DNA of 64,000 nt from Selaginella moellendorffii (lineage: Eukaryota > Plantae > Lycopodiophyta). Location of the stretch: NCBI RefSeq assembly GCF_000143415.4, contig NW_003314273.1:2728719-2792718 (forward strand). Direction: 5' to 3'. Below are positions 49,506-60,639 of this stretch, piece by piece (positions within the stretch are counted from its first letter, which is position 1; the number at the start of each line of letters is the position of its first letter). The notes below the pieces were generated by a model. That model ran no database searches. It was not told where the DNA came from and worked only from the letters and a program-made list of their open reading frames with translations. A program made the position numbers and the translations under genes.

Positions 49506-50775
49506 AGAGAGGAGGAGTTTATTTTTCACCTTGATGTTCAAGTTGTTTCTTTGCTGTTTTTCCACTCATACGGTTTACATGGTCTCACTGAAGCATTAGA
49601 CCAAAACTCTTAAGCTTTCGATAACGTTAGAGCTATTTTTGGTTTGCAAGATGGATACCTAGAATATTCTTTAATTTAACAAATTTTGTTAGTGATCAAG
49701 TACAAACTATCCTGTAAGGATATACTTGAATATCCTAGTATATTCTATCATCATTTAGATTAAAGTATATACATTACACCAAGTACCACGTCAGCTGGAG
49801 CCTGGGTACACTAAGGCCAAGAGCTTCTTGAACACATGGTCTTGGAGCTTTGAACATCCTACTCGGTCTATATATCCAAAGAGGGATGTCTGTTCTAATT
49901 GTCACTGAGCAAATAACAACATAACCCAAAGAGAGTAATGGCAATTGTTTAACAGGTACATAGTATATCTAAGTGGCTCTTTCTTGATACAAGCCAACTT
50001 CTTTTTCACAACAAATACCACAACATCCTGCCTAATAATAGATATTTCGTGGACCAACACCAATCCCTGCTGTAAGTCCTTTCTCCACTCTTAGTTTGAT
50101 ATTCCTGCACAAACAAAGTCTGAAGCTTGTCCATACTCTCAACCAACAATTGACACAGACTTCAACAAATATTTTGTATCTGGATGAAGCCTATCGTGGA
50201 AGAAACTTCCCTTCATTTCATGGTTTACACCTAATGCTCTATCGGCTAGAGTTTGCCAGTTCTGCGAACGTGAAACTGTTATGGAAGGATCTTCAGAAAG
50301 TTTTCTCCTTTAGCAGGGGCAAAAATCGTCACGAAGATCAGAATTTAAGAGAATAAAGACAAGAAAATGATGAACAACAGCAAAAGTTCCACGCTGCCAA
50401 TTCTTCGCTAGTCAAATCGCAGCAGAACTATCTTAATTCTGCTCAGAAAGAATTTTTAGCTGCGAATTACATTATTCTAGGGTGCGCTAGGAGACATGAA
50501 TCTAGATTGAATATATCTAGCTTTGTTTTTGGGTCCATCTCGGGCCCATCTAGGAAGCATGGGCTAGATGGCGACCTTTACATCATAGTCTTTATCCCCT
50601 CCGCCGACACACAATTATTGGTCTCACGCGCATTGTTTCCAACCTCTGCTTGTCCCACATCCCAAGTAGCTAGTAACATTCTCCACCTCAGCCCTGCAAT
50701 AGATCTTATCTATGCGAGGCGTGTGGCTCAGAGCATCCAATCCACAGCTCTGAAATTCGATTGGAGAGACCAATG

Positions 50776-51620
50776 TATGTATGCCAATGGCACTGTTCTT
50801 AGTCGTTGATTGTGTCTCAATGCATGGCACAGCTGGCATTGATATTTATAGCCTTACCAACTTCTCCTTCCCTCCTCCACCCAGGAGAAGATCATCGAGG
50901 ATCACAGCCACGGCTACCAATTCCTCTCGCAAGTATATCAATACCCCTGGATTCTCAATCCCCAATCCGATCGAAGAGGCGCGGGGTAGCCCTGTGCGAC
51001 ACGGTGGAGAATTTCATCTCCATGTACATTGATCTTCGCGAGTTTCCTCCCTCGCAAGACCCCCAGATCCAGCTCGCGGATAATTTCGCGCCGGTTGGAG
51101 AGTTCCCGCCAACGCCGTGCCGCCGAGTCACTGGCGAGATCCCTCGCTGCCTCTGCGGCGGTGCTTACATCCGCAATGGCTCCAATCCACTCCATCCACC
51201 TCCCGCCGGCTACCACTACTTCGATGGCCACGGGATGCTCCACTCTGTCAAGTTCGGCGATGAAGAAGATCAGGCTCCAGTCTACTGCGCGCGATTCACT
51301 CAGAACAATCGATTCGTCCAGGAGCAAGCAGCGGGCAAGCCTCCCTTCCCCTACACACTGGGATGGCCTACTTCGATCGCCGAATTCTGGCCATGTCCGA
51401 GGATGATATGCCATATGCAGTGAGTATCACCCGAGCAGGGGATTTGATCACCATGGGCCGCTACAGCTTCAACAACCGATTGTTCTTGCCGATGTGCGCT
51501 CATCCAAAGATCGATCCAATCTCTGGCGAGCTCCATAAGCCTGCCAGAGTTCCATATGGATTCCATGGGATCTTTATAAATGCCGATCAAATAGCCAGCC
51601 AAAACCATGCCACCTTGTAA
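50776..51620 (+). pseudogene. CCD/NCED-like pseudogene with internal deletions
   Basis: Colinear with 52881 gene but frameshift near 50985, 106-nt deletion at CTGGG (51358) and jump from PISGEL to PARVPYGFHG. Confidence 0.92.
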
Positions 51621-51649
51621 GGAAATTTGATATAGTTGTATATCCATAA

Positions 51650-52570
51650 ATTGGTATAATCTCTTGTGAATATCTAGCCTATGTAACTATGTGTATGGAG
51701 CACTGGCATTTTTCACGGCATACATATTATAGAAAATGTAGAGTAGTCTATATAAGGATTTAGTTTATATCAAGACATGTTTCCCCCAATTCCTATGCCA
51801 AAGTCTGCATTTGCAAATATATTCCCGCGCTCCCTCAGAAGTCGGAAAGTGGCAGCTTTGACGGGGCAAAGAGTCCAGCATATCGATGTACAGCAGTAGA
51901 ATTGCTGAGAAAAATTCCTAATGCAGCGCCACAACGTTTTTTCTTGCAATGCGATGCTGCCCTGGTTTGCTCTGATTACAGCTAATGCCAGCAAAGGGCA
52001 TCTGGAAAAGTTAAAGAATCGAAGGTGTGAAATTACGATGTGTGGACTGTCAATCTGACAGCATGTAGCTTGGAGGGAGCATTGTGAATTTTGAAAAAAT
52101 GCCAGATCATACCATATCCCTACTTGGCACATTTTGATAGAATCATGCTCCAGGAGATTAAGCTCCTTTCTGGCATTAGCTCGTTGCTTTATCCAAATGC
52201 CTGTTACTGGCATAATCTCTGCTTGTCGGAAGAATCCATACCGAGAGAAGGCAGTGATCATGATCCTCCCACTCGGGCATTCGCTTAACCAGCTGCTTGG
52301 CCTGGTCAAGAGATTCTATACAGATTTCTTGGAAGATTTAATGTTGGAGATCTGTGCATGTTAGTCAGAAGAACATATGATGATGCCAAGGCGAAGAGCA
52401 TGACATTCCACGAGAATCACTTCCTAGATCTAGAGCCACGAAAGACTTGCCATGCCACCTATGGGAATCCACACCTCATCCACACCACATTGCTCCACCG
52501 GACGCCAAACAATCTCCGGCCCCTTGCCTGGATGTGGATAAATTTGATACAGTTCTTTATTCCAATACTA
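51650..52570 (-). pseudogene. Highly decayed PPR pseudogene
   Basis: Fragments IMITAFSRYGFFRQA, VTGIWIKQRANARKELN (shifted NGHLDKA..MPERSLISW) homologous to 58149-60092. Confidence 0.8.
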
Positions 52571-52880
52571 AAACAGATGATATTTCGCGCGGGGAGTACT
52601 TTCTTATGAAAACTACGGAGGGAGACTTCGAGTGCATTATGTAAAGGTACGGTCCCATGCGTCCTAAACGGGCACGAGTGGACAAAAGACACAGCTACTC
52701 ATGTCTCCTAACGCACACACAGTTATTGGTCTCACGCGCATTGTTTCCAACCTTAGAATCCTCACAGGTCAGCCCTAAAATATTGATCTTATCTATGCCT
52801 GTGGCTCAAGATCATCCTGAAATTTGATTGGAGGGATCAATGTATTTAGGTATGCCAATGGCACAGTTAATTTGGTCGCA

Positions 52881-54635
52881 ATGCATGCCACAGATATTGG
52901 TTATAGCCTTACCAACTTCTCCTTCCCAGCTTCACCCAGGAGAAGATCATCAGGGATCACAGCCACCGCCACCAAATCCTCTCGCAAGTACACCAATACC
53001 CTTGGATTCTCAATCCCCAATCCAATCGAAGAGGCGCGGGCGGCGGCGGTAGCCCTGTGCGACACGGTGGAGAATTTCATCTCCACGTACATTGATCTTC
53101 GCGAGTTTCCTCCCTCGCAAGACCCCCAGATCCAGCTCGCGGATAATTTCGCGCCGGTTGGAGAGTTCCCGCCAACGCCGTGCCGCCGAGTCACTGGCGA
53201 GATCCCTCGCTGCCTCCGCGGCGGTGCTTACATCCGCAATGGCTCCAATCCACTCCATCCCCCTCCCGCCGGCTACAACTACTTCGACGGCCACGGGATG
53301 CTCCACTCTGTCAAGTTCGGCGATGAAGAAGAGCAAGCTCCAGTCTACTGCGCGCGATTCACCCAGAACAATCGATTCGTCCAGGAGCAAGCAGCGGGCA
53401 AGCCTCTCTTCCCCTACACACTGGGCACCATGAGCAGCTATGCCGGGCTCGCACGATTCGGGCTATTCGTCATGCGCACGGCTCTGGGCCTGATCAATAT
53501 CTTGGGCGGGATGGGAACCTCCAACGCTGGGATGGCCTACTTCGATCGCCGAATCCTGGCCATGTCCGAGGATGATCTGCCATATGCTGTGAGTATCACC
53601 CCAGCAGGGGATTTGATCACCATGGGCCGCTACAGCTTCAACAACCGATTGTTCTTGCCGATGTGCGCTCATCCAAAGATCGATCCAATCTCTGGCGAGC
53701 TCTTCGCGGTTAGCTTCAATCCAGTGATCAATCCCCACCTCCGCTACTTCTGGGCGAGCCCGGACGGGAGGAAGAGCCCCGATTTCGACGTGTGGCTGCC
53801 GGACCCGTGCTTGTTTCACGACTTCGCGATAACAGAGAACTACGCAATCCTTCCAGAGAATCAGCTCGTGATGAAGTTCCAGGATGTAGTGCTCAAGAAC
53901 AAACTGGTCATTGATGGAGATACCGCCAAGGTTCCCAGATTCGGGGTGATCCCTCGCATCCCGACCGTGGGATCTTCCGGCATTCGCTGGATCGACGTCC
54001 CGGATTGGACGTCATTCCACTACATCAACGCCTGGGAGGAAGGGACGGACAAGATCGTCGTGCTCAGCTCGTCCATTACGCCGGTAGAACATTTCTTTGA
54101 CGATTTCGCCGGATTGTCCAACAGATTGCACGAGATCCACCTGGACCTTCGATCTGGACGGTCGTGGAAGCAACACGTGTGCTCGGCCGGACTGGATTTT
54201 GGACAAATCAACCAGAAGTTCCTGGGGCGGAAGAATCGGTACGTCTACATGTGCTACTATGGGCCATGGCCGAAAATCTCGGGCCTGGCCAAGGTCGATT
54301 TGGACGCTCCACGGCTGCCCAGGGTGGTAATCGATGGAACAAGTGACCCGGATCTAAACGAGCCGTGCGTTGTGGCGTCGAGGAGATTCGAACGTGGTCA
54401 GTTTTGTGGCGAGCCTTTCTTTGTGGCGAATGGCAAGGAGGAAGACGATGGATACGTCTTAAGCTATGTCCACAATGAGGACAGTGGTGTCTCGGAGCTT
54501 TTGGTCATGGATGCCAAATCGCCCACACTTGAGACAGTGGCTTCTATAGAGTTGCCTGCTAGAGTTCCATATGGATTCCATGGGATCTTTATAAATGCTG
54601 ATCAAATAGCCAACCAGAACCATGCCACCTTGTAA
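52881..54635 (+). CDS. Intronless carotenoid cleavage dioxygenase (NCED/CCD4-like); copy 2
   Basis: All four His motifs intact; highly similar to 39746-41521. Confidence 0.95.
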   Translation: MHATDIGYSLTNFSFPASPRRRSSGITATATKSSRKYTNTLGFSIPNPIEEARAAAVALCDTVENFISTYIDLREFPPSQDPQIQLADNFAPVGEFPPTPCRRVTGEIPRCLRGGAYIRNGSNPLHPPPAGYNYFDGHGMLHSVKFGDEEEQAPVYCARFTQNNRFVQEQAAGKPLFPYTLGTMSSYAGLARFGLFVMRTALGLINILGGMGTSNAGMAYFDRRILAMSEDDLPYAVSITPAGDLITMGRYSFNNRLFLPMCAHPKIDPISGELFAVSFNPVINPHLRYFWASPDGRKSPDFDVWLPDPCLFHDFAITENYAILPENQLVMKFQDVVLKNKLVIDGDTAKVPRFGVIPRIPTVGSSGIRWIDVPDWTSFHYINAWEEGTDKIVVLSSSITPVEHFFDDFAGLSNRLHEIHLDLRSGRSWKQHVCSAGLDFGQINQKFLGRKNRYVYMCYYGPWPKISGLAKVDLDAPRLPRVVIDGTSDPDLNEPCVVASRRFERGQFCGEPFFVANGKEEDDGYVLSYVHNEDSGVSELLVMDAKSPTLETVASIELPARVPYGFHGIFINADQIANQNHATL

Positions 54636-55571
54636 GAGAATTTGTAAATTGATATAATCTCTTATAAATATCTAATCTATGTAACTATGTGAGAATTGGC
54701 AAGAAGAACATATGGAGCACTGTTACTAGGCTCCACACTAATGGCAATTTTCATTGCATCTCCACTTGCTGCAGCTCCAAGCACTTCCAATCCATGGAAT
54801 CCAGGTACACTACTTATGTATGATTAGTCGGGTAGGGTATGTCCAAAACGCTGAAAATCTTCTATGGGAGATGCTATATTAGCTTTGAGGGTTTGATTCC
54901 AATTGAAATATGGATTGGATGATCTCACCTTCGCTAATATTTTAGGGCTGAGGCAGGACAGTGCTTCTAGAGAAATTGGGCATGAAAAGGTTGCGATGCT
55001 GACAGGAAATGTGAACACTCAGAGGACCAATAATTGTGTGTCCATATATGTTTTGCATTTTGTTTTTAGTCCACTCCCTATCTAAGGACCATTGAAAATA
55101 ATGTCAATCACTTGACATTCAGATTTGATGATTTTTTAAGAATGTCACAGTAAAATATATCTATAAGAATATACTTAATATATACCTATTAAGGATATCC
55201 TAGCGTTTACCAATGTGTGATCACTTTATTTTTACCCTCAAACCTCCTTAACTCTAAAATGAAGCAATAGAAGAGATTGAGGAATAAATAAAAATAAAAA
55301 TGAAACAGGGAATTTTGAAAAAAACTTAACATATAGATATAAATAGATCAAAGAATGTTATTTTGATGAAGAAACTCTTTAGAACAATCTTAGTTATTCC
55401 AGTAAGCATGGTTGCTTGTAAATGATGATTTCCTTGCAAAATGTGATAGAGAATCATCTTCAAAATTAACTTAACCTTACACTTGGTATTGGTACACTTC
55501 TTTATTGCATCCAACAAAACCTCTCGACAATCTAGTGTTAACATGGTTCTCTGTAAGAAAAAACCATATAA

Positions 55572-55961
55572 TCATGCACAATCTTGGATGGTTCCTTGGT
55601 TGTTGTAGAAACAACCATCATTTCGGAGATTAGTTTCATGATCAACATTACTTTTATCTTTGCACGTCGCATAGTAGACCAACTTTGGGATGGTTTCATT
55701 GTTATACATGAAACCTATGGGCGTGCATGTCTCTAAAAATTTTGCCCCGCCACACTTTAAATTCCCATTATCATTGTGGATGTGAGTGTTCAAGACCAAA
55801 TAAATCTTAGATTTTCAAGGGAGACACCATTCTAAATAAATAGTGGTTGAGCTGAATTCAGCTATAGCACAAGTAAGTGAGAAATCCCCACACCCAAATG
55901 TTTTAGGAATGATCAAAGCAGCAAGCGAGGCAACAATAGAAACTATCAATCGCACACCCAT
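55572..55961 (-). pseudogene. CVNH gene copy with a single nonsense codon
   Basis: Two ORFs in the same frame separated by GGA>TGA at 55815-55817; otherwise full-length paralog of 60120-60506. Confidence 0.85.
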
Positions 55962-56089
55962 TCTAAAAATTAGTTTTTTGAAGTACAAACGCTGAGATTT
56001 ATTGGCAAGTGAAAATCCAATCAACCTTTATGGAGACGAAATTTTTTGCCATGTAGTCACATAGGATTGGTGATGAAGTAGCTAAATAT

Positions 56090-56736
56090 TCTTATTGATG
56101 AACAAAAATATTCGAGAACATTGGAATTCTCTTCGCAAAAAGCATATGTCCATTTCAGGCAAGAGCACAATCTGGTATCACGCTGTGATCGGCATTGCTT
56201 CGATGGTAGTTAACATGCATGGCGGTGCACGTAACCTCGTCTCATCATTCATCAAAGAGATTCTTTAGATGTTGCCGGACTAAATGATCGCCTTGATCAG
56301 GCAGACCTAAATATATGGCTTCGGCGTCATGAGTCCGTTCTTGAGAATACAAGCGCAGGATAAATGCTGCATGCTGTAAAAATTCTGCTGCACAAGACAA
56401 TAGACTCGTGAAGAAGCCACTTTCCGCCAAGATGACAAGAAAAGCAGTGGACGCAACCAAATCCTTATGAGGGTGGCCAAAGCACTGGGCGTGAACGACA
56501 GAGGAGCAAACTCTGGCATGTTGGAAAAGATGTTCTTCGCCTCCTGCAAATGCCCAGCTTGGGCAGTTGCTGCTAGATGAGAGTTAAAAAAAACAAGATC
56601 TCTCGGCATGAACAGAGTCCTTAATTGGCATATGTTGGTTGTTTGTGGTCTAAGAGATTAGCTCCTTTCTGGCATAAGCTCAAAGATGCATTGCTTTATC
56701 CAAATGCCCGTTTGTGGCATACTATCATTGCATTCC

Positions 56737-56798
<62 letters not shown>

Positions 56799-57123
56799 AA
56801 TTCATGGAATAAAAAATATGAGTAAGCCATGCCGAGAGAAGGCAGTGATCATGATCGACCATGAAGCAAGGTCCCATTCGATCAAACAACTGCTTTGCTT
56901 GGTCAAGATGGCTGTCTGATGCGGCATGGCATTCCATTCCTCGATCTAGATACTTGCCATGCCGCCTCAGGCATCCACACCTCCCATACATTTGCACCAG
57001 AAAATTGGATGCCAAACAATCTCCTGCCGCAAGGACGTGCTTGATCTCTTTGTGAAGCTTACAATCTGCAGATAGATTGCTACACTTTTTTATTCCATCC
57101 AATAAAACCTCTTGACCATACAT
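56090..57123 (-). pseudogene. PPR pseudogene
   Basis: EVLLDGIKKCSNLS, LVQMYGRCGC, AQAGHLQEAKNIFSNMPEF with deletions; (TC)n(AC)n expansion at 56741-56798. Confidence 0.87.
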
Positions 57124-57149
57124 TGCTCTCTATGAGAAAAAAAGCATAT

Positions 57150-57600
57150 CTGTTGATGCAATCTTGGCTTGCCTTGAGAGTTGTAGAAACAATCATTGAT
57201 TCGGAGATTAGTGTCTTGACCTACACCACCATCGTCTTTGCAAGTTTGGGATTTCCATTTGTAAAATTCAAACATGCATGTCGAAAGTGGGGCTGTAAAT
57301 TAATACGCGATCGCGATCGGTACAGATTCTTCAAACCGTGATGTCACACCGGTACAAAAGCTTTGCCAGTGGGAATCGCATATTATGTTTGCTAGTACTG
57401 AATTTACATTAGATCTAAACATAGATCCATATAAATTATGGAGAGAATTTTTTGCCCGCAAAACTAAGAACGTTCAGACTTTCCAAGGACACACTGTTCT
57501 ACATGACTATTGGTTATATTGAATTCACTTACAAAGCGAAATCCCCCAGAAATGATCCAAGCAGCAAGCCACACAACAATCACTTGTACAACCATTCTTA
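57150..57600 (-). pseudogene. Degenerate CVNH with ~170-bp inserted foreign segment
   Basis: GDFAL, QCVLGKSE, TCKDDGGVGQDTNLRINDCFYNSQG align to the 60120 CVNH. Confidence 0.75.
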
Positions 57601-57634
57601 AAATTTGGTTTTGAGGCAAGGATAACTATCTCAA

Positions 57635-58096
57635 TCTCGGTCGTGGAAGCAACATGTGTGCTCGGCGGGACTGGATTTTGGAAAGATCAACCAGAAATTC
57701 CTGGGGCAGAAGAACCGGTACGTCTACATGCGCTACTATGGGCCATGGCCCAAATTCTCGGGCCTGGCCAAGGTCGATCTGGACGCTCCACGGTGTCCAG
57801 TGTGGTAATTGACGGAACAAGTGACCCGGACCTCAAGGAGCCGTGCATTGTGGCGTCGAGGAGATTCGAACGTGGTAAGTTTTGTGGCGAATGGCGAGGA
57901 GGACGGCGATGGATACGTCTTAAGCTACGTCCATGATGAGAAAAATGGTGTCTCGGAGCTTTTGGTCATGGATGCCAAATCGCCCACGCTTGAGACAGTG
58001 GCTTTTATAAAGTTGTTTGCTGGAGTTCCATATGGATTCCATGGGATCTTTATAAATGCCGATCAAATAGCCAACCAAAACCATGGCACCTTGTAA
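57635..58096 (+). pseudogene. CCD 3' fragment
   Basis: WKQHVCS..GPWPKFSGLAKVDL..GVPYGFHGIFINADQ with frameshifts. Confidence 0.9.
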
Positions 58097-58148
58097 GAAA
58101 ATTTGATATAGTTGTAAAAATTGATATAATCTCTTGAAAATATCTAAG

Positions 58149-60092
58149 CTATGTAACTATGTGAGAATTGGCAACAAGAACATATGGAGCACTGTTACTA
58201 GGCTCCACACTAATGGCATTTTTCATTGCATCTCCACTCGCTACAGCTCCAAGCAAGCACTTCCAATCCATGGAATCTGGGTAGTATGGCATCTCCCACA
58301 GAAGATTCTCAGCATCTTGGATATACCCTGACCGGACAAGCACACCAATCATACACGAGTAGTGTTGCTTTGAGGGTTTGATGGAGTGATCAAACTGGAA
58401 AGACACAAAGAGATCCCGAGCTATGGCAGCAGTGCCTTTGTGAGCACACGACGTGAGCAATGCTGTTAAGCTAGCTTCATCAGGTGTATTAGTAGTGACC
58501 ATGGTTTGAAAGGCATCCAAGGCTCTGGAAATGGCCCCAATCCGAGAGTATGCCGCCAGCATTGCGTCCCAAGATATGAAATCCTTGTCCGGCATTGTTA
58601 AGAATATCCGATTTGCCATATCCAGATGCCCGTTTTGGGTATATGCAGAAAGCATTGCACTCCATGAAGATTGGTTTCTTTCTTGGATTGAATCGAACAC
58701 ACTTTTGGCTTCCAGTAACTGCGAATTTGATGAAAAACCAGACAAGAGAGCATTAAAAGCAATAGCACTCTTTTCATTGAAGTTGTCAAAAATTCTCTTA
58801 GCAAAAGGCATATGTCCACTTCGGGCATATGCCGACATGAGCACAATCAACGGTATCTCGCTGTGACCCGGCATGTTTTCAAAAATACACAGGGCGTCCT
58901 CTAGCCTGTGGTTGTTTACATATCCTGTCAGCATGGCAGTCCAGGTAACCTCGTTTCGCTCCCTCATTCCATCAAAGAGTTTCTTTGCCTTTTCCAGATG
59001 CCCGTTGCAAGCATATGCTGTAATGAGAGCGGTTGCCGGGACTAAATGCTCGCCTTGATCAGGCAGACCTAAATATATGGCTTCGGCGTCGTGAGTCCGT
59101 CCTCGCCGAGAATACAAGCGCAGCATTGCAGTGCAAGCAAACGCGTTGTGGCGCTGCATGTTGTAAAAAATTTGCTCAGCCTCCGTGATGCTGCTGTCGT
59201 CGTGATCTGCGTAAGCGGACAGGATTACCGCGCATGAAACCACATCGATACACTCCATCGACTCAAACAGATTCTTTGCCTCGTGAAAGCAGCCACTTTC
59301 CACCAAGACGACAAGCAAAACCGTGGAGGCAACCAAATCCTTGTGAGGCAGCGCGAGGAAGAAACACTTGGCATCTTCCAAAAGGCCGTGCTGGCCAAAG
59401 CACTGAATCATGGACGTAAAAGACAGAGCATCAAATTCTGGCATGTTGGAGAAGATGTGCTTCGCCTCCTGCAAATGCCCAGCTTGGGCAAGTGCTGATA
59501 GTTGGGAGTTCCAAGCAACAAGGTCTCTCTCAGGCATGGAGCTGAAGAGTGTCGTTATTTGAAACAAGTATGTGGATTTGGATAGAATTGTGGTCCAAGA
59601 TATTAAGCTCCTTTCTGGCATAAGCTCAAAGAGCTGCATTGCTTTATCCAAATGCCCGTTTGTGGCATATGCTAAGATCATTGCATTCCATGCTACAAGG
59701 CCTCTCTCTCTCATGGAATCGAAAACTTCTTTCGCCTGTAGGAGTAAGCCATGCCTAGAGAAGGCAGTGATCATGATCGACCATGAAGCAACATCCCATT
59801 CGGGCATTCGATCAAACAACTGCTTTGCTTGGTCAAGATGGCTGTTTGATGCGAAGGCAGAGAGCATGGCATTCCACGAGAATCGATTCCGTGATGTAGA
59901 GCCGCGGAAGATTTGCCATGCTGCCTCTGGGCATCCACACCTCCCATACATTTGCACCACCAAATTGCATGCCAAGCAGTCTCCTGCTGCCAGGAGGTGC
60001 TCAATCTCATTTTGGAGCTTAGAAGCTGTGGATAGATTGCTACACTTCTTTATTGCATCCAACAAAAGCTCTCGACAATCTAGTGCTAACAT
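58149..60092 (-). CDS. PLS-class PPR protein with E-like C-terminus, no DYW (PPR-C)
   Basis: 647-aa intronless ORF; HYSCMIGVLVRSG..MPYYPDSMDWKCLLGA..SAPYVLVAN. Confidence 0.93.
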   Translation of the reverse strand: MLALDCRELLLDAIKKCSNLSTASKLQNEIEHLLAAGDCLACNLVVQMYGRCGCPEAAWQIFRGSTSRNRFSWNAMLSAFASNSHLDQAKQLFDRMPEWDVASWSIMITAFSRHGLLLQAKEVFDSMRERGLVAWNAMILAYATNGHLDKAMQLFELMPERSLISWTTILSKSTYLFQITTLFSSMPERDLVAWNSQLSALAQAGHLQEAKHIFSNMPEFDALSFTSMIQCFGQHGLLEDAKCFFLALPHKDLVASTVLLVVLVESGCFHEAKNLFESMECIDVVSCAVILSAYADHDDSSITEAEQIFYNMQRHNAFACTAMLRLYSRRGRTHDAEAIYLGLPDQGEHLVPATALITAYACNGHLEKAKKLFDGMRERNEVTWTAMLTGYVNNHRLEDALCIFENMPGHSEIPLIVLMSAYARSGHMPFAKRIFDNFNEKSAIAFNALLSGFSSNSQLLEAKSVFDSIQERNQSSWSAMLSAYTQNGHLDMANRIFLTMPDKDFISWDAMLAAYSRIGAISRALDAFQTMVTTNTPDEASLTALLTSCAHKGTAAIARDLFVSFQFDHSIKPSKQHYSCMIGVLVRSGYIQDAENLLWEMPYYPDSMDWKCLLGAVASGDAMKNAISVEPSNSAPYVLVANSHIVT

Positions 60093-60119
60093 GGTTCTCT
60101 GTTAGAAAAAACCACATAA

Positions 60120-60506
60120 TCATGCACAATCTTGGATGGTTCCTTGGTTGTTGTAGAAACAATCATCAAGTCGATTAGTTTCATGATTCGCACCACTGTT
60201 GTCTTTGCACGTCGCATAGTAGACCAACCTTGAAATGATTTCGTTGTTATATCTGTAACCTATGGGCGTGCATGTCTCTAAGAATTTTGCCCCGCCGCAC
60301 TTTAAATTCCCATTATCATTGTGGATGTGATTGTCCAAGTCCAGATAAATCTTAGATTTTCCAGGGAGACACCATTTTAAATGAATTTTGGTTGCGCTTA
60401 ATTCAAATATATTACAAGTAAGTGAGAAATCCCCACACCCAAATGTTTTAGGAATGATCAAAGCAGCAAGCGAGGCAACAATGGAAACTATCAATCGCAC
60501 ACCCAT
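60120..60506 (-). CDS. Secreted cyanovirin-N homologue (CVNH) lectin-like protein, 128 aa
   Basis: Signal peptide MGVRLIVSIVASLAALII; two half repeats GDFSLTC..LDLDNHIHNDNGNL and AKFLETC..ATCKD..RLDDCFYNNQGTI matching the cyanovirin-N repeat pattern; 8 Cys. Confidence 0.8.
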   Translation of the reverse strand: MGVRLIVSIVASLAALIIPKTFGCGDFSLTCNIFELSATKIHLKWCLPGKSKIYLDLDNHIHNDNGNLKCGGAKFLETCTPIGYRYNNEIISRLVYYATCKDNSGANHETNRLDDCFYNNQGTIQDCA

Positions 60507-60639
60507 TCTAAAAATTAGTTTCTTGAAGTAGAAACGCTGAGATTTATTGGCAAGTGAAAATCCAATCAACCTTTATGGAGCAAAATTTTTTGCCATGTAG
60601 TCCACGTAGGATTCGGTGATGAAGTAGCTAAATATTCTG

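Larger units (their letters stand above)
55497..57620 (-). repeat. ~2.1 kb direct duplication (partner ~60045-62050): CVNH-PPR pseudo unit + CVNH + PPR start
   Basis: Colinear from CTTCTTTATTGCATCCAACAAAA to AAATTTGGTTT. Confidence 0.9.
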
